Under the pieces are notes generated by a model, which was not told where the DNA came from, made no database searches, and saw only the letters and a program-made list of their open reading frames with translations. This document shows positions 16,390 through 24,250 of a stretch of DNA of 64,000 nucleotides, in pieces. Origin of the DNA: Bacteroidota bacterium (GTDB lineage: Bacteria; Bacteroidota; Bacteroidia; Bacteroidales; CAIXZF01); assembly GCA_022709385.1 (NCBI GenBank), contig JAKLIX010000008.1, forward strand, positions 90,654 to 154,653, written 5' to 3'. Both the position numbers and the translations under genes were made by a program. Within the stretch, counting starts at the first letter, position 1. Each line of letters begins with the position of its first letter.

Positions 16390-18351
16390 ATGAAAATTTC
16401 AACTGTACTTGACCATATCGATAATGGGCACATGGCCCTCCCGGAATTTCAACGAGGATATGTTTGGAACCGGGAACAGGTCAGAGGCCTCTTCGACTCA
16501 CTTTATAGACGACATCCAATCGGTGGCTTACTTGTGTGGGCAACTGAATCACAAAGTGCTGAACACAGAGGGGATGGAGAGCTGGCAGCTGGTATTGTAA
16601 AATTACTGCTCGATGGTCAACAGCGGATGACTACATTATATGGGGTTATAAGGGGAAAAGCACCAAAGTTCTTTGATGGAAATGCAGCAACTTTCACAGG
16701 ACTTTTCTTTCATCTTGAAAATGAAATATTTGAATTTTATCAACCTTTGAAGATGAAGGATGATAAGTTGTGGATAGATGTCACGCAATTGATGAAAAAA
16801 GGAGATGAAGGCCTGGGCGAAATAATTGCAAGATTGTCCCAACAAGCGGAATTTGTTGCAAAAACAGGTGAGCATGTTGGAAAGTTAGCTAAGTTACTTG
16901 GTATAAGGGAAGTAGATCTTCATGTTGAAGAAGTGACCGGATCGGACAAAACCATTGATATAGTGGTAGAAATTTTTAATAGAGTTAACAGCGGTGGAAC
17001 AAAATTATCGAAAGGAGATCTGGCTCTTGCCAAGATTTGTGCAGAGTGGCCGGATGCCCGGGAGAAAATGAAAGAGAAATTAAAAGTTTGGGAGAACATT
17101 GGTTATCACTTTAGTCTGGATTGGCTATTGCGTTCTGTTAATACAGTTATCACAGGTGAAGCTAAGTTCCTGTACCTGCATGATAAAAATCCAGCAGAGG
17201 TGCAAAATGGATTAGAAAGAGCAGGTAGGCACCTGGATTCATGCCTGAATATGATCAGTGGAAGACTCGGTTTGGATCACGACCAGGTATTGTTCAGCCG
17301 GTATTCTTTGCCAGTCATGGTGCGGTATCTTGACAAACGAAATGGCCTGCTTGATGCAAAAGAAAGAGATAAACTGCTATTCTGGTTTGTTCAGGCAGGA
17401 ATGTGGGGGCGATTTTCGGGTTCGACTGAATCAATAATCGACAAGGATCTGGAAGTTCTAGAATATGGTGATAACATGCTGGATAATTTATTGGAGAATT
17501 TGCGGATGTGGCACTCCGGATTAAGAATTGAACCGTATCATTTCACCGGTTGGAGCTTGGGTGCGAGGTTTTATCCGGTTTTGTATATGCTCACCAGGAT
17601 GGGAGAAGCAAGGGACTGGGGGAATGGACTTCCGCTAAAAGCACATCTTCACGGTAAAATGAGCAAACTGGAAGTTCATCACATTTTTCCTAAAGCAAAG
17701 CTTTACAAACATAACAATACTGGTTACAAACGACCCGAGGTAAACGCTTTAGCAAACTATTGTTTCCTGACTAAAGAGACCAATCTACTAATTAGTGATA
17801 GATTTCCTGAAGAATATTTCCCGGAAATTGAGCAGAACCACCCAGGAGCTCTTGCCTCTCAATGGATCCCACAAGACCCAAATCTTTGGAAAACAGATAA
17901 CTACCTTGAATTCCTTGAAGCACGGAAAATCCTGATTGCAAATGAAGCCAATAGACAAATGGAAGATCTTCTTCATGGTGAATTACATTGGATGGATACA
18001 TCCGCCCCAGCAATTTCATTAACTGAGACCATTGGTGGTGGAATAACGACTGAGAAAGAAGAAGAAGAACTAAATGAAGTCAATAATTGGATCGCTGCAT
18101 TAGGATTGCCTCGCGGCACTTTACTTTTCGAATATTATGATCCTATGGGAAATCAATTGAAGGCAGTTTTTGATCTGGCCTGGCCTTCAGGATTACAGGA
18201 AGAACTTAGTCAACCAGTTGCAATACTACTGAATGAAAACGATGAACTTGTAAAATTTGCCCTCGAATCCGGTTATAAGTGCTTCACTAACATTTCAGAT
18301 TTCAAGCGATATATCAACAGTGACATTCTTGTCATGGAAATTGAATTGTAA
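16390..18351 (+). CDS. GmrSD-family protein (DUF262 N-terminal + DUF1524 HNH-like C-terminal), type IV restriction-like
   Basis: DUF262 motifs 'LPEFQRGYVW' (nt 16441-16467) and 'DGQQR' (nt 16612-16626). DUF1524 His-Me motif 'LEVHHIFPK...NALANYCFLTKETN' starts near nt 17671. About 150 extra C-terminal residues follow. Confidence 0.85.
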   Translation: MKISTVLDHIDNGHMALPEFQRGYVWNREQVRGLFDSLYRRHPIGGLLVWATESQSAEHRGDGELAAGIVKLLLDGQQRMTTLYGVIRGKAPKFFDGNAATFTGLFFHLENEIFEFYQPLKMKDDKLWIDVTQLMKKGDEGLGEIIARLSQQAEFVAKTGEHVGKLAKLLGIREVDLHVEEVTGSDKTIDIVVEIFNRVNSGGTKLSKGDLALAKICAEWPDAREKMKEKLKVWENIGYHFSLDWLLRSVNTVITGEAKFLYLHDKNPAEVQNGLERAGRHLDSCLNMISGRLGLDHDQVLFSRYSLPVMVRYLDKRNGLLDAKERDKLLFWFVQAGMWGRFSGSTESIIDKDLEVLEYGDNMLDNLLENLRMWHSGLRIEPYHFTGWSLGARFYPVLYMLTRMGEARDWGNGLPLKAHLHGKMSKLEVHHIFPKAKLYKHNNTGYKRPEVNALANYCFLTKETNLLISDRFPEEYFPEIEQNHPGALASQWIPQDPNLWKTDNYLEFLEARKILIANEANRQMEDLLHGELHWMDTSAPAISLTETIGGGITTEKEEEELNEVNNWIAALGLPRGTLLFEYYDPMGNQLKAVFDLAWPSGLQEELSQPVAILLNENDELVKFALESGYKCFTNISDFKRYINSDILVMEIEL

Positions 18352-18393
18352 TTATGGGTCACATATTGCCATCAAAGGTCTTTTCGTGAATAG

Positions 18394-18627
18394 ATCCACG
18401 CTGCCTACCAAAGCCAGTGGTCACGCTATGCTGCATTCGACGCAAACATCCCCGGCATCAACCCTGATTACCATACCTCCGTCCGGAAAGATGTTCTTGA
18501 AGAAATTGACGGACCCATGCTCAAATACGGCATATAATCACTGGATAAACAAAGGATCATTCTTCCAGGGAGAAAAGCCGACTGGCCGGATAGAAACCGC
18601 CTGAAACCAGGTTCTCAGAATTCCTGA
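18394..18627 (+). pseudogene. possible start-less gene remnant with one in-frame stop
   Basis: This frame reads protein-like: 'IHAAYQSQWSRYAAFDANIPGINPDYHTSVRKDVLEEIDGPMLKYGI*SLDKQRIILPGRKADWPDRNRLKPGSQNS*'. It has no start codon and an in-frame TAA at 18535. It lies between the last island gene and tRNA-Val. I do not recognise the family. Confidence 0.25.
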
Positions 18628-18664
18628 ATAGAATATAACTCACACCCTCACTCTCACCCGCTTG

Positions 18665-18739
18665 TGGGTTGTACTGGACTCGAACCAGTGGCCCCCGCCC
18701 TGTCAAGGCGATGCTCTGAACCAACTGAGCTAACAACCC
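18665..18739 (-). tRNA. tRNA-Val (anticodon GAC)
   Basis: The reverse complement folds as a cloverleaf. Acceptor stem is GGGTTGT/ACAACCC, the D-arm is GCTC..GAGC, the anticodon loop is TTGACAG, the T-arm is ACTGG-TTCGAGT-CCAGT, and the discriminator is A. Confidence 0.9.
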
Positions 18740-18810
18740 CTATTTTAATTTCCAATTAGCAACACGCTCACGCTCAATCTCGCTCTCACTCTCACTCTCA
18801 CTCTGTTTCT

Positions 18811-18865
18811 CCCCCGCCCTGTCATCCCGCACGTGCGGGACTGAACCAACTGAGCTAACAACCCC
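18811..18865 (-). pseudogene. truncated tRNA-Val-like fragment with a 16-nt palindromic replacement
   Basis: It keeps the tRNA 5' acceptor strand, the D-arm 5' half, and the anticodon-loop/3' stem segment. 10 nt of the tRNA (AGCATCGCCT) are replaced by TCCCGCACGTGCGGGA (nt 18825-18840). The T-arm and 3' acceptor strand are missing. Confidence 0.7.
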
Positions 18866-18929
18866 TATTTTAATTTCCAATTAGCAACACGCTCACGCTC
18901 GCTCTCACTCTCGCTCTCACTCTGCTTCC

Positions 18930-18984
18930 CCCCCGCCCTGTCATCCCGCACGTGCGGGACTGAACCAACTGAGCTAACAACCCC
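18930..18984 (-). pseudogene. second truncated tRNA-Val-like fragment, same structure
   Basis: Nearly identical to 18811-18865. The palindrome is at nt 18944-18959. Confidence 0.7.
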
Positions 18985-19195
18985 TTATTTTAACCTCCCC
19001 GCTGCCAACTTCCCGTCTCAGTGCTGCAAAATTAATATTAAAATTTGAATTTCAAAACAGCAGCAGATTACATTCGGTTCGCATGCTTCTCACCCGCCTA
19101 CGGCTTCGTGCAAACAAGATTCCTTGCCTGCAATATCCCGTTTCCACGCTGCCATGGAAGGTCGTATCTTTAAGCCTTCATTCAATCAAAATGCC

Positions 19196-19594
19196 ATGGA
19201 AAAACAAAACAAAATCCCGATGCTGTACGGCTATGCCGTATGCCTGACGGCAGTGATCACCCTGATCATCGCTGTCGCTTCCCTGGTCAACAGCCTGATC
19301 GACCGCCAGGCTCCCCTCTACGCCGAACGCGACTATCAGAAAACCGCCAGCCTGGCTTCCTTCGAAAACTACAAAGCGGATATCCTGAAAACAGGAGACA
19401 AGGAAAACACCCTGACCCTCGACGATGCCACCCTGAGGTCAATGTTCGAGGCGGCGCGCACAGAAAAGATACAGTCGGTCCTGCACCGCAGCAACCGCAC
19501 GATAATTACCAACGGCATCCTCATCGTCATCTGTCTTGCCTTGTTCTTTACTCACTGGAGCTGGATGGGGAAGATCAGGAAAACAACGGAATAG
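19196..19594 (+). CDS. small membrane protein (two predicted TM helices), function unknown
   Basis: Hydrophobic segments 'LYGYAVCLTAVITLIIAVASLV' and 'IITNGILIVICLALFF'. I chose the internal ATG at 19196 over the non-ATG start at 19124; the start remains uncertain. Confidence 0.5.
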   Translation: MEKQNKIPMLYGYAVCLTAVITLIIAVASLVNSLIDRQAPLYAERDYQKTASLASFENYKADILKTGDKENTLTLDDATLRSMFEAARTEKIQSVLHRSNRTIITNGILIVICLALFFTHWSWMGKIRKTTE

Positions 19595-19686
19595 CCTTTC
19601 CCTTTCCTTTTGTGGACTGATTAATTAGTGGGTAGACATTTGCTATCCAATGTGATATGTTGTACCTTTATGGGAAATTCCTTCCA

Positions 19687-20889
19687 ATGTATAAGATATT
19701 CATTATCAGCCTGTTTTTGACGCCATGCTGTTTAAGTGCACAAATTGGTCCCGCATTCATGATCGACAGCGTTCCGGCATGCCCGGCTCCCAGCCAGGTG
19801 ACAGTGCCGGTGCGGGTGAGCAATTTCGTGGATGAGGAAGTTTTATCATTAAAAATGAGTTATCTATCCAGTTGTCTGACGTATCAACACTGCACCAGCA
19901 CGCTCAATTGGCCCGTCTTCATCTGTGCACCGATCTCTAACCCAAATCCCGGGTATCTCTCCCTGGGGGTTGCGGCTTTTGGCCCGGTGCTGTTCACCCT
20001 GCCCGACAACGCCGTGCTGTTCACGGTCACCTTCTCCTACCACGGTGGTTCCACCGACCTGATTTGGGATACGATAGGATTGGGAGGCAATCCCAATAGC
20101 TGCAACGGTTATGTGGGACCCGGCCAGACAGGGATCCTCAGTCAGCCCGCATCTCAGCAGGTGATGAGCGGCGATACAGCCCTTTTCAGCGTACAGGTCA
20201 TCAATGCAATCCTGATGCAATATCAGTGGCAGGAAAGTGCGGATGGCGGCATCAGTTGGACGAACCTCACGGATACACTGCCCTTCTCCGGAACAGCCAC
20301 GGCCAGCCTGAGCATTGCCGGGGTGGTTTCCCAGCTCGACCAGCACCGTTACCGTTGCACAGTCACGGGTTGTGACACATCCGTTTCCCAGGATGCCACG
20401 CTCAGTGTTTATATTCCACCCTCATTGCTGGCCAGTCTTCACTATCAGAATGCAGGGTATAGCCCGCTTCAAAACGCCACCATCGTGCTTTTCGACAACT
20501 GGATACCGGTTTATACTGTTTACAGCGGTTTATCGGGCGATTTCGGCATACCGAACATCCAGCCGGGAACCTATACCCTGGCCATTTACTGTCAGGAAGC
20601 CTGGGGCGGAGCCAATGCGCTGGACGGCCTGATGATCCTGCAGCATTTCACCGGGATGATCAACCTGGGCGGCCTGGCTGCAAAGGCAGCAGACGTGAAT
20701 GCCGACGGAGCCGTCAACAGCCTGGATGCCCTGATGGTATTGCAGCGCTTTGTGGGCAGCATCAGTACTTTTTCTTCCGGCGACTGGCAATTCAGTACAG
20801 AAATACTGACCATTCCGGTATCAGGACCCGTCACCCTCTCCATTGAGGCCCTCTGCACGGGTGATGTGAACGGAAGCCACCTTCCTTAG
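19687..20889 (+). CDS. secreted protein: cohesin-like N-domain, Ig-like domain, CarboxypepD_reg-like domain, dockerin-like C-terminal tail
   Basis: Signal peptide 'MYKIFIISLFLTPCCLSAQ'. Ig-like 'YQWQESADGGISWTNL...YRCTV'. Dockerin-like duplicated Ca-loop segment 'GGANALDGLMILQHF...DVNADGAVNSLDALMVLQRF' at nt 20605-20757. Confidence 0.7.
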   Translation: MYKIFIISLFLTPCCLSAQIGPAFMIDSVPACPAPSQVTVPVRVSNFVDEEVLSLKMSYLSSCLTYQHCTSTLNWPVFICAPISNPNPGYLSLGVAAFGPVLFTLPDNAVLFTVTFSYHGGSTDLIWDTIGLGGNPNSCNGYVGPGQTGILSQPASQQVMSGDTALFSVQVINAILMQYQWQESADGGISWTNLTDTLPFSGTATASLSIAGVVSQLDQHRYRCTVTGCDTSVSQDATLSVYIPPSLLASLHYQNAGYSPLQNATIVLFDNWIPVYTVYSGLSGDFGIPNIQPGTYTLAIYCQEAWGGANALDGLMILQHFTGMINLGGLAAKAADVNADGAVNSLDALMVLQRFVGSISTFSSGDWQFSTEILTIPVSGPVTLSIEALCTGDVNGSHLP

Positions 20890-21791
20890 CGCAATACGAA
20901 CTTCATGGTCTTTTTGATGTCTCCGGATTCGAAGACGGCGATATAGAGTCCGGGAACGAGTTTGGGCAATGCCTGGCTGATCCTTCCCCTGCCGGATGAA
21001 ACAAACTCCTCCCTGAGCATGCTTTGCCCGGTAATGCTCAACACGCTGAGGCTGATCCCGTTGCCGGCCGGCAGGTCGTAGTCTGCCTTCAGTGAACGGG
21101 AAACATCTGAGAAAATCAGACTGACCTTATGCTCAGGCTTGCTGACGGAAACCACAGGCGTGTTATAATCAAAGAAGAGGTCATCCACCAGCAGCACACT
21201 GCCGGCTGTAGCCGTAAAACTTGCGGAAGAACTGATCAGGATGTTCATGGTGTCGGGAGTGTCGCTCGTGTACCAGTCCACAACTGCCTCAAACTGCGTC
21301 CACTGGCTGACCGTGCTGTTCCCGATGAACCAGGCCAGTCCGACAGTATCCTGCCACCCGCCGGGATTGTGCTTATAAAACAAGGCGGCCACCGCACAAC
21401 TGTCGTTTCCCTGTTGGGTATATTTGTAATAACCCTTCAGCTTAACCGGCCGCTGGTTGAAAGCAACCCCTCCGCGAAGTCCGAAGTTCATGTTCACCAG
21501 GTCGATGTCGAGCTGACCAAGGGTTAAAAGTCCGGGTACAGTAAAGGCAATGAAACTCTTATTCTCGAGCCGTGCACTCCACGATCCGGAAAAGGCATCA
21601 TTGCTTTTGCTCACCACGGCCGCCCCGATAAACGGAATGGCGGTGGTTTGCTGGTTGGGAGAATCCCAGAACTGAGGATCAGACCAGGAACCGCTGCTGA
21701 TCCAGTTCTCCATGCCGGCGTTGGGAATGTTTTGTCCCTTGGTAATAAAAGCGCTGACAAACAGTATTATAATTAAAAGTAAAGGTTTCAT
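20886..21791 (-). CDS. secreted PCMD-like beta-sandwich protein with T9SS C-terminal sorting domain
   Basis: Signal peptide 'MKPLLLIIILFVSAFITKGQ'. C-terminal 'SLSVLSITGQSMLREEF...LVPGLYIAVFESGDIKKTMKFVL' is typical of a type-A T9SS CTD. Start moved to the internal Met at 21791. Confidence 0.7.
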   Translation of the reverse strand: MKPLLLIIILFVSAFITKGQNIPNAGMENWISSGSWSDPQFWDSPNQQTTAIPFIGAAVVSKSNDAFSGSWSARLENKSFIAFTVPGLLTLGQLDIDLVNMNFGLRGGVAFNQRPVKLKGYYKYTQQGNDSCAVAALFYKHNPGGWQDTVGLAWFIGNSTVSQWTQFEAVVDWYTSDTPDTMNILISSSASFTATAGSVLLVDDLFFDYNTPVVSVSKPEHKVSLIFSDVSRSLKADYDLPAGNGISLSVLSITGQSMLREEFVSSGRGRISQALPKLVPGLYIAVFESGDIKKTMKFVLR

Positions 21792-21909
21792 AGGAAAGAT
21801 GTTACTCAATGAATATGTCAGTTTTTATGATGCTGTTACTCAAATATCGTGCAATTTTTTCAGCCTGACATCTCAACCTTATATACCTTTGCAGTTTATC
21901 TTCAAAACG

Positions 21910-24090
21910 ATGAACAGGAAATCCTTTGCCCTCCTGCTGCTGACAGGATTGTCGGCTCTCTGCGCCTTCGGCCAGAACAACAAAGAAATCACACTGAAAG
22001 ACATCTGGGGGTCGAGGCAGTTTCTGCCAAAACGTCCGCCCGCCCTGACCTCCCTCAGCGACGGAGTCCGCTATTACCAGGAAAAAGGGGATTCGGTGAA
22101 TGTTTACTTCTATGAAAGCGGGCAATATTCGGCTACCCTTTTCCTGAATTCTGAGCTTGTTTTGCAGGACAGCAGGGATACCCTCCAGATGGATGACTTC
22201 ACCCTGAGCGCAGATGAAAAGAAAGTACTGATCAGTACCGGGACGGAACCCATTTACCGCCGTTCAAGCAAATCGGAGTTTTATATATTTGATCTGACGA
22301 CCCGGCAGCTCAGCCGCTTGTGTGACAGGGGCAAGCAAAGGCTGGCTGATTTTTCCCCGGATGCGACTAAAGTTGCTTACTTCCTTAACAATGATTTGTA
22401 TATCAGAGATTTGACTGGCGGAAAGGAAATCCGTATCTCCCATGACGGGAAAATCAACAACATCATCAACGGGGCTGCAGACTGGGTTTATGAAGAAGAA
22501 TTTGAATTCTCAAAGGCATTTTTCTGGTCACCTGATGGCCGTTACTTGGCTTATTACCGCTTCGATGAAAGCAAGGTCAGGGAGTTTTCCTATACTGTCT
22601 GGGGCACTCTCTACCCTGAGGAATACCGCTATAAATACCCCAAGGCGGGTGAGGACAATTCAGTGGTCAGCATTCACATCTATGAGGTGGCCACAGGGAA
22701 GACCCTGCAGGTGGATCCTGGAAGGGACAAAGACAGTTACATTCCCCGTATCCGCTGGACAGCAGATCCGGGCAAGCTCTGCATTTACTGGATGAACAGG
22801 CTTCAGAACAGGCTTGAACTGCACCTTGCCGATGCCGCCACAGGAAAGACCACCATGCTGTATGAAGAGGATAATCCTGCCTATATCGAGATCAACGACC
22901 ACCTGACCTTCACCGACGACAGGAAGTATTTCTTCCTGAGCAGTGAAAAGGGCGGTTCCCGCCACCTCTACCTTTATGGTATGGACGGCAGGCTGATCAG
23001 GCAGATCACGCATGGCAACTGGGAAGTGACGGATGTGTTGGGGTACGATCAAAAAAAGAAAGTGATCTATTTCTCGACCACCGAAAGCGGGCCCCTGAAC
23101 AGGGATATCTCCAGGATCAACCTCGACGGAACCAGGATGAAACGCCTGTCGCATCAAACCGGCTGGAATGACGCGGAATTCAGCGAACAATTCCAATATT
23201 TCAGACTCACGTTTTCCGATGCCAACACCCCGCCTGTCAGTGGTTTATACGATCAGAAGGGGAAAGCACTCAGAATCCTTGAAGACAATGCCGCTCTTTC
23301 ACAAAAAGTATCGGAATATCAGTTCGGCAGGGTAGAATTTATGAGCATCCCGGGAGCCGACGGAACCCTGCTCAATGCATATATGATTAAACCCGCCGGT
23401 TTTGACCAGTCGAAGAAATATCCCGTGCTGATGAACGTCTATGGTGGTCCGGGTTCCCAGAGCGTGGAAAACCGCTGGGGATACTATGATTTCATCTGGT
23501 ACCAGATGCTTGCCCGGAAAGGCTATATCCCGGTATCGGTCGACAACCGCGGCACCGGATTCAGAGGGGAGCAGTTTAAGAAATGTACTTACGGACAACT
23601 CGGGAAACTGGAAACGGAAGATCAGATTGCAGCCGCCAGATACCTTGCCTCACAGCCCTATGTGGATGGCGGACGCATCGGGATCTGGGGCTGGTCGTAT
23701 GGCGGCTATATGACGGCCCTCTGCATGACCAAAGGAGCGGATGTTTTCAAGACAGGGATTGCCGTTGCCCCTGTCATGAACTGGAGATATTATGACAATA
23801 TTTATACGGAAAGGTTCATGGGCCTTCCCAGGGATAATGCCGCGGGTTACGACGACAATTCACCCATCCATTTTGCAAAGGAATTGAAAGGGAATTTCCT
23901 GATGGTACACGGAACAGCCGACGATAATGTCCACCTGCAGAATGCCATTGAGTTCTCCAATGCCCTGATAAGGGAAAACAAGCAATTCACCGAATTCTTC
24001 TACCCGAACCGCAACCATGGCATTTACGGGGGAAACACCCGGCTGCATCTTTACAGGATGATGACGGATTTCCTGCTGGATAAGTTGTAG
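21910..24090 (+). CDS. dipeptidyl-peptidase IV (S9B serine peptidase)
   Basis: Signal peptide 'MNRKSFALLLLTGLSALCAFGQ'. DPP-IV N-terminal propeller region 'ADWVYEEEF'. Catalytic serine in 'GWSYGGYMT', then 'HGTADDNVH'. The upstream 66 codons of the listed ORF overlap the minus-strand gene and were trimmed. Confidence 0.9.
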   Translation: MNRKSFALLLLTGLSALCAFGQNNKEITLKDIWGSRQFLPKRPPALTSLSDGVRYYQEKGDSVNVYFYESGQYSATLFLNSELVLQDSRDTLQMDDFTLSADEKKVLISTGTEPIYRRSSKSEFYIFDLTTRQLSRLCDRGKQRLADFSPDATKVAYFLNNDLYIRDLTGGKEIRISHDGKINNIINGAADWVYEEEFEFSKAFFWSPDGRYLAYYRFDESKVREFSYTVWGTLYPEEYRYKYPKAGEDNSVVSIHIYEVATGKTLQVDPGRDKDSYIPRIRWTADPGKLCIYWMNRLQNRLELHLADAATGKTTMLYEEDNPAYIEINDHLTFTDDRKYFFLSSEKGGSRHLYLYGMDGRLIRQITHGNWEVTDVLGYDQKKKVIYFSTTESGPLNRDISRINLDGTRMKRLSHQTGWNDAEFSEQFQYFRLTFSDANTPPVSGLYDQKGKALRILEDNAALSQKVSEYQFGRVEFMSIPGADGTLLNAYMIKPAGFDQSKKYPVLMNVYGGPGSQSVENRWGYYDFIWYQMLARKGYIPVSVDNRGTGFRGEQFKKCTYGQLGKLETEDQIAAARYLASQPYVDGGRIGIWGWSYGGYMTALCMTKGADVFKTGIAVAPVMNWRYYDNIYTERFMGLPRDNAAGYDDNSPIHFAKELKGNFLMVHGTADDNVHLQNAIEFSNALIRENKQFTEFFYPNRNHGIYGGNTRLHLYRMMTDFLLDKL

Positions 24091-24250
24091 CGAAATGCCG
24101 GTCTGGCAACATGATCCTCACTGGCTTAATCCATTATTGTGAGGTTCTGTATACTCCGTGTTTAACTCCGTGGCCACTCCGTGTTTAAATTCCAAGTCAG
24201 CTGCAAGGGAATGACCTACTCCGGTAGGCCTGGCTTTTAAAAACACGGAG

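Larger units (their letters stand above)
18692..18984 (-). repeat. three tandem 119-bp units: the first is part of the intact tRNA-Val, the second and third are truncated tRNA-like copies
   Basis: Unit starts at 18692, 18811 and 18930 give an exact 119-bp period. The shared text is 'cccccgccctgtca...ctgaaccaactgagctaacaacccc' plus the spacer 'tattttaatttccaattagcaacacgctcacgctc' and a CT-rich tract. Confidence 0.85.

Noticed and set aside
18257-18604. 115-aa ORF overlapping the 3' end of the GmrSD gene
   Set aside because: It starts inside the GmrSD coding region in another frame. A different frame in 18394-18627 reads more protein-like and is reported there as a low-confidence remnant.
18692-18992. 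Possible CRISPR array (regularly spaced repeats)
   Set aside because: There are only three units. The 'spacers' are themselves repeated, the repeat is derived from tRNA-Val, and no cas genes are in the window. It is a tandem duplication, not a CRISPR array.
19240-19620. 126-aa alternative-frame ORF
   Set aside because: It is Pro/Arg/Gly-rich and overlaps the more plausible membrane-protein frame.
20886-20889. Convergent genes sharing overlapping stop codons (TTAG)
   Set aside because: The overlap is real but trivial, reflecting compact gene packing. I can argue no regulatory meaning for it.
21712-21909. 66-codon N-terminal extension of the DPP-IV ORF
   Set aside because: It overlaps the convergently oriented upstream gene's 5' region. 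The internal Met at 21910 is followed by a clear signal peptide.
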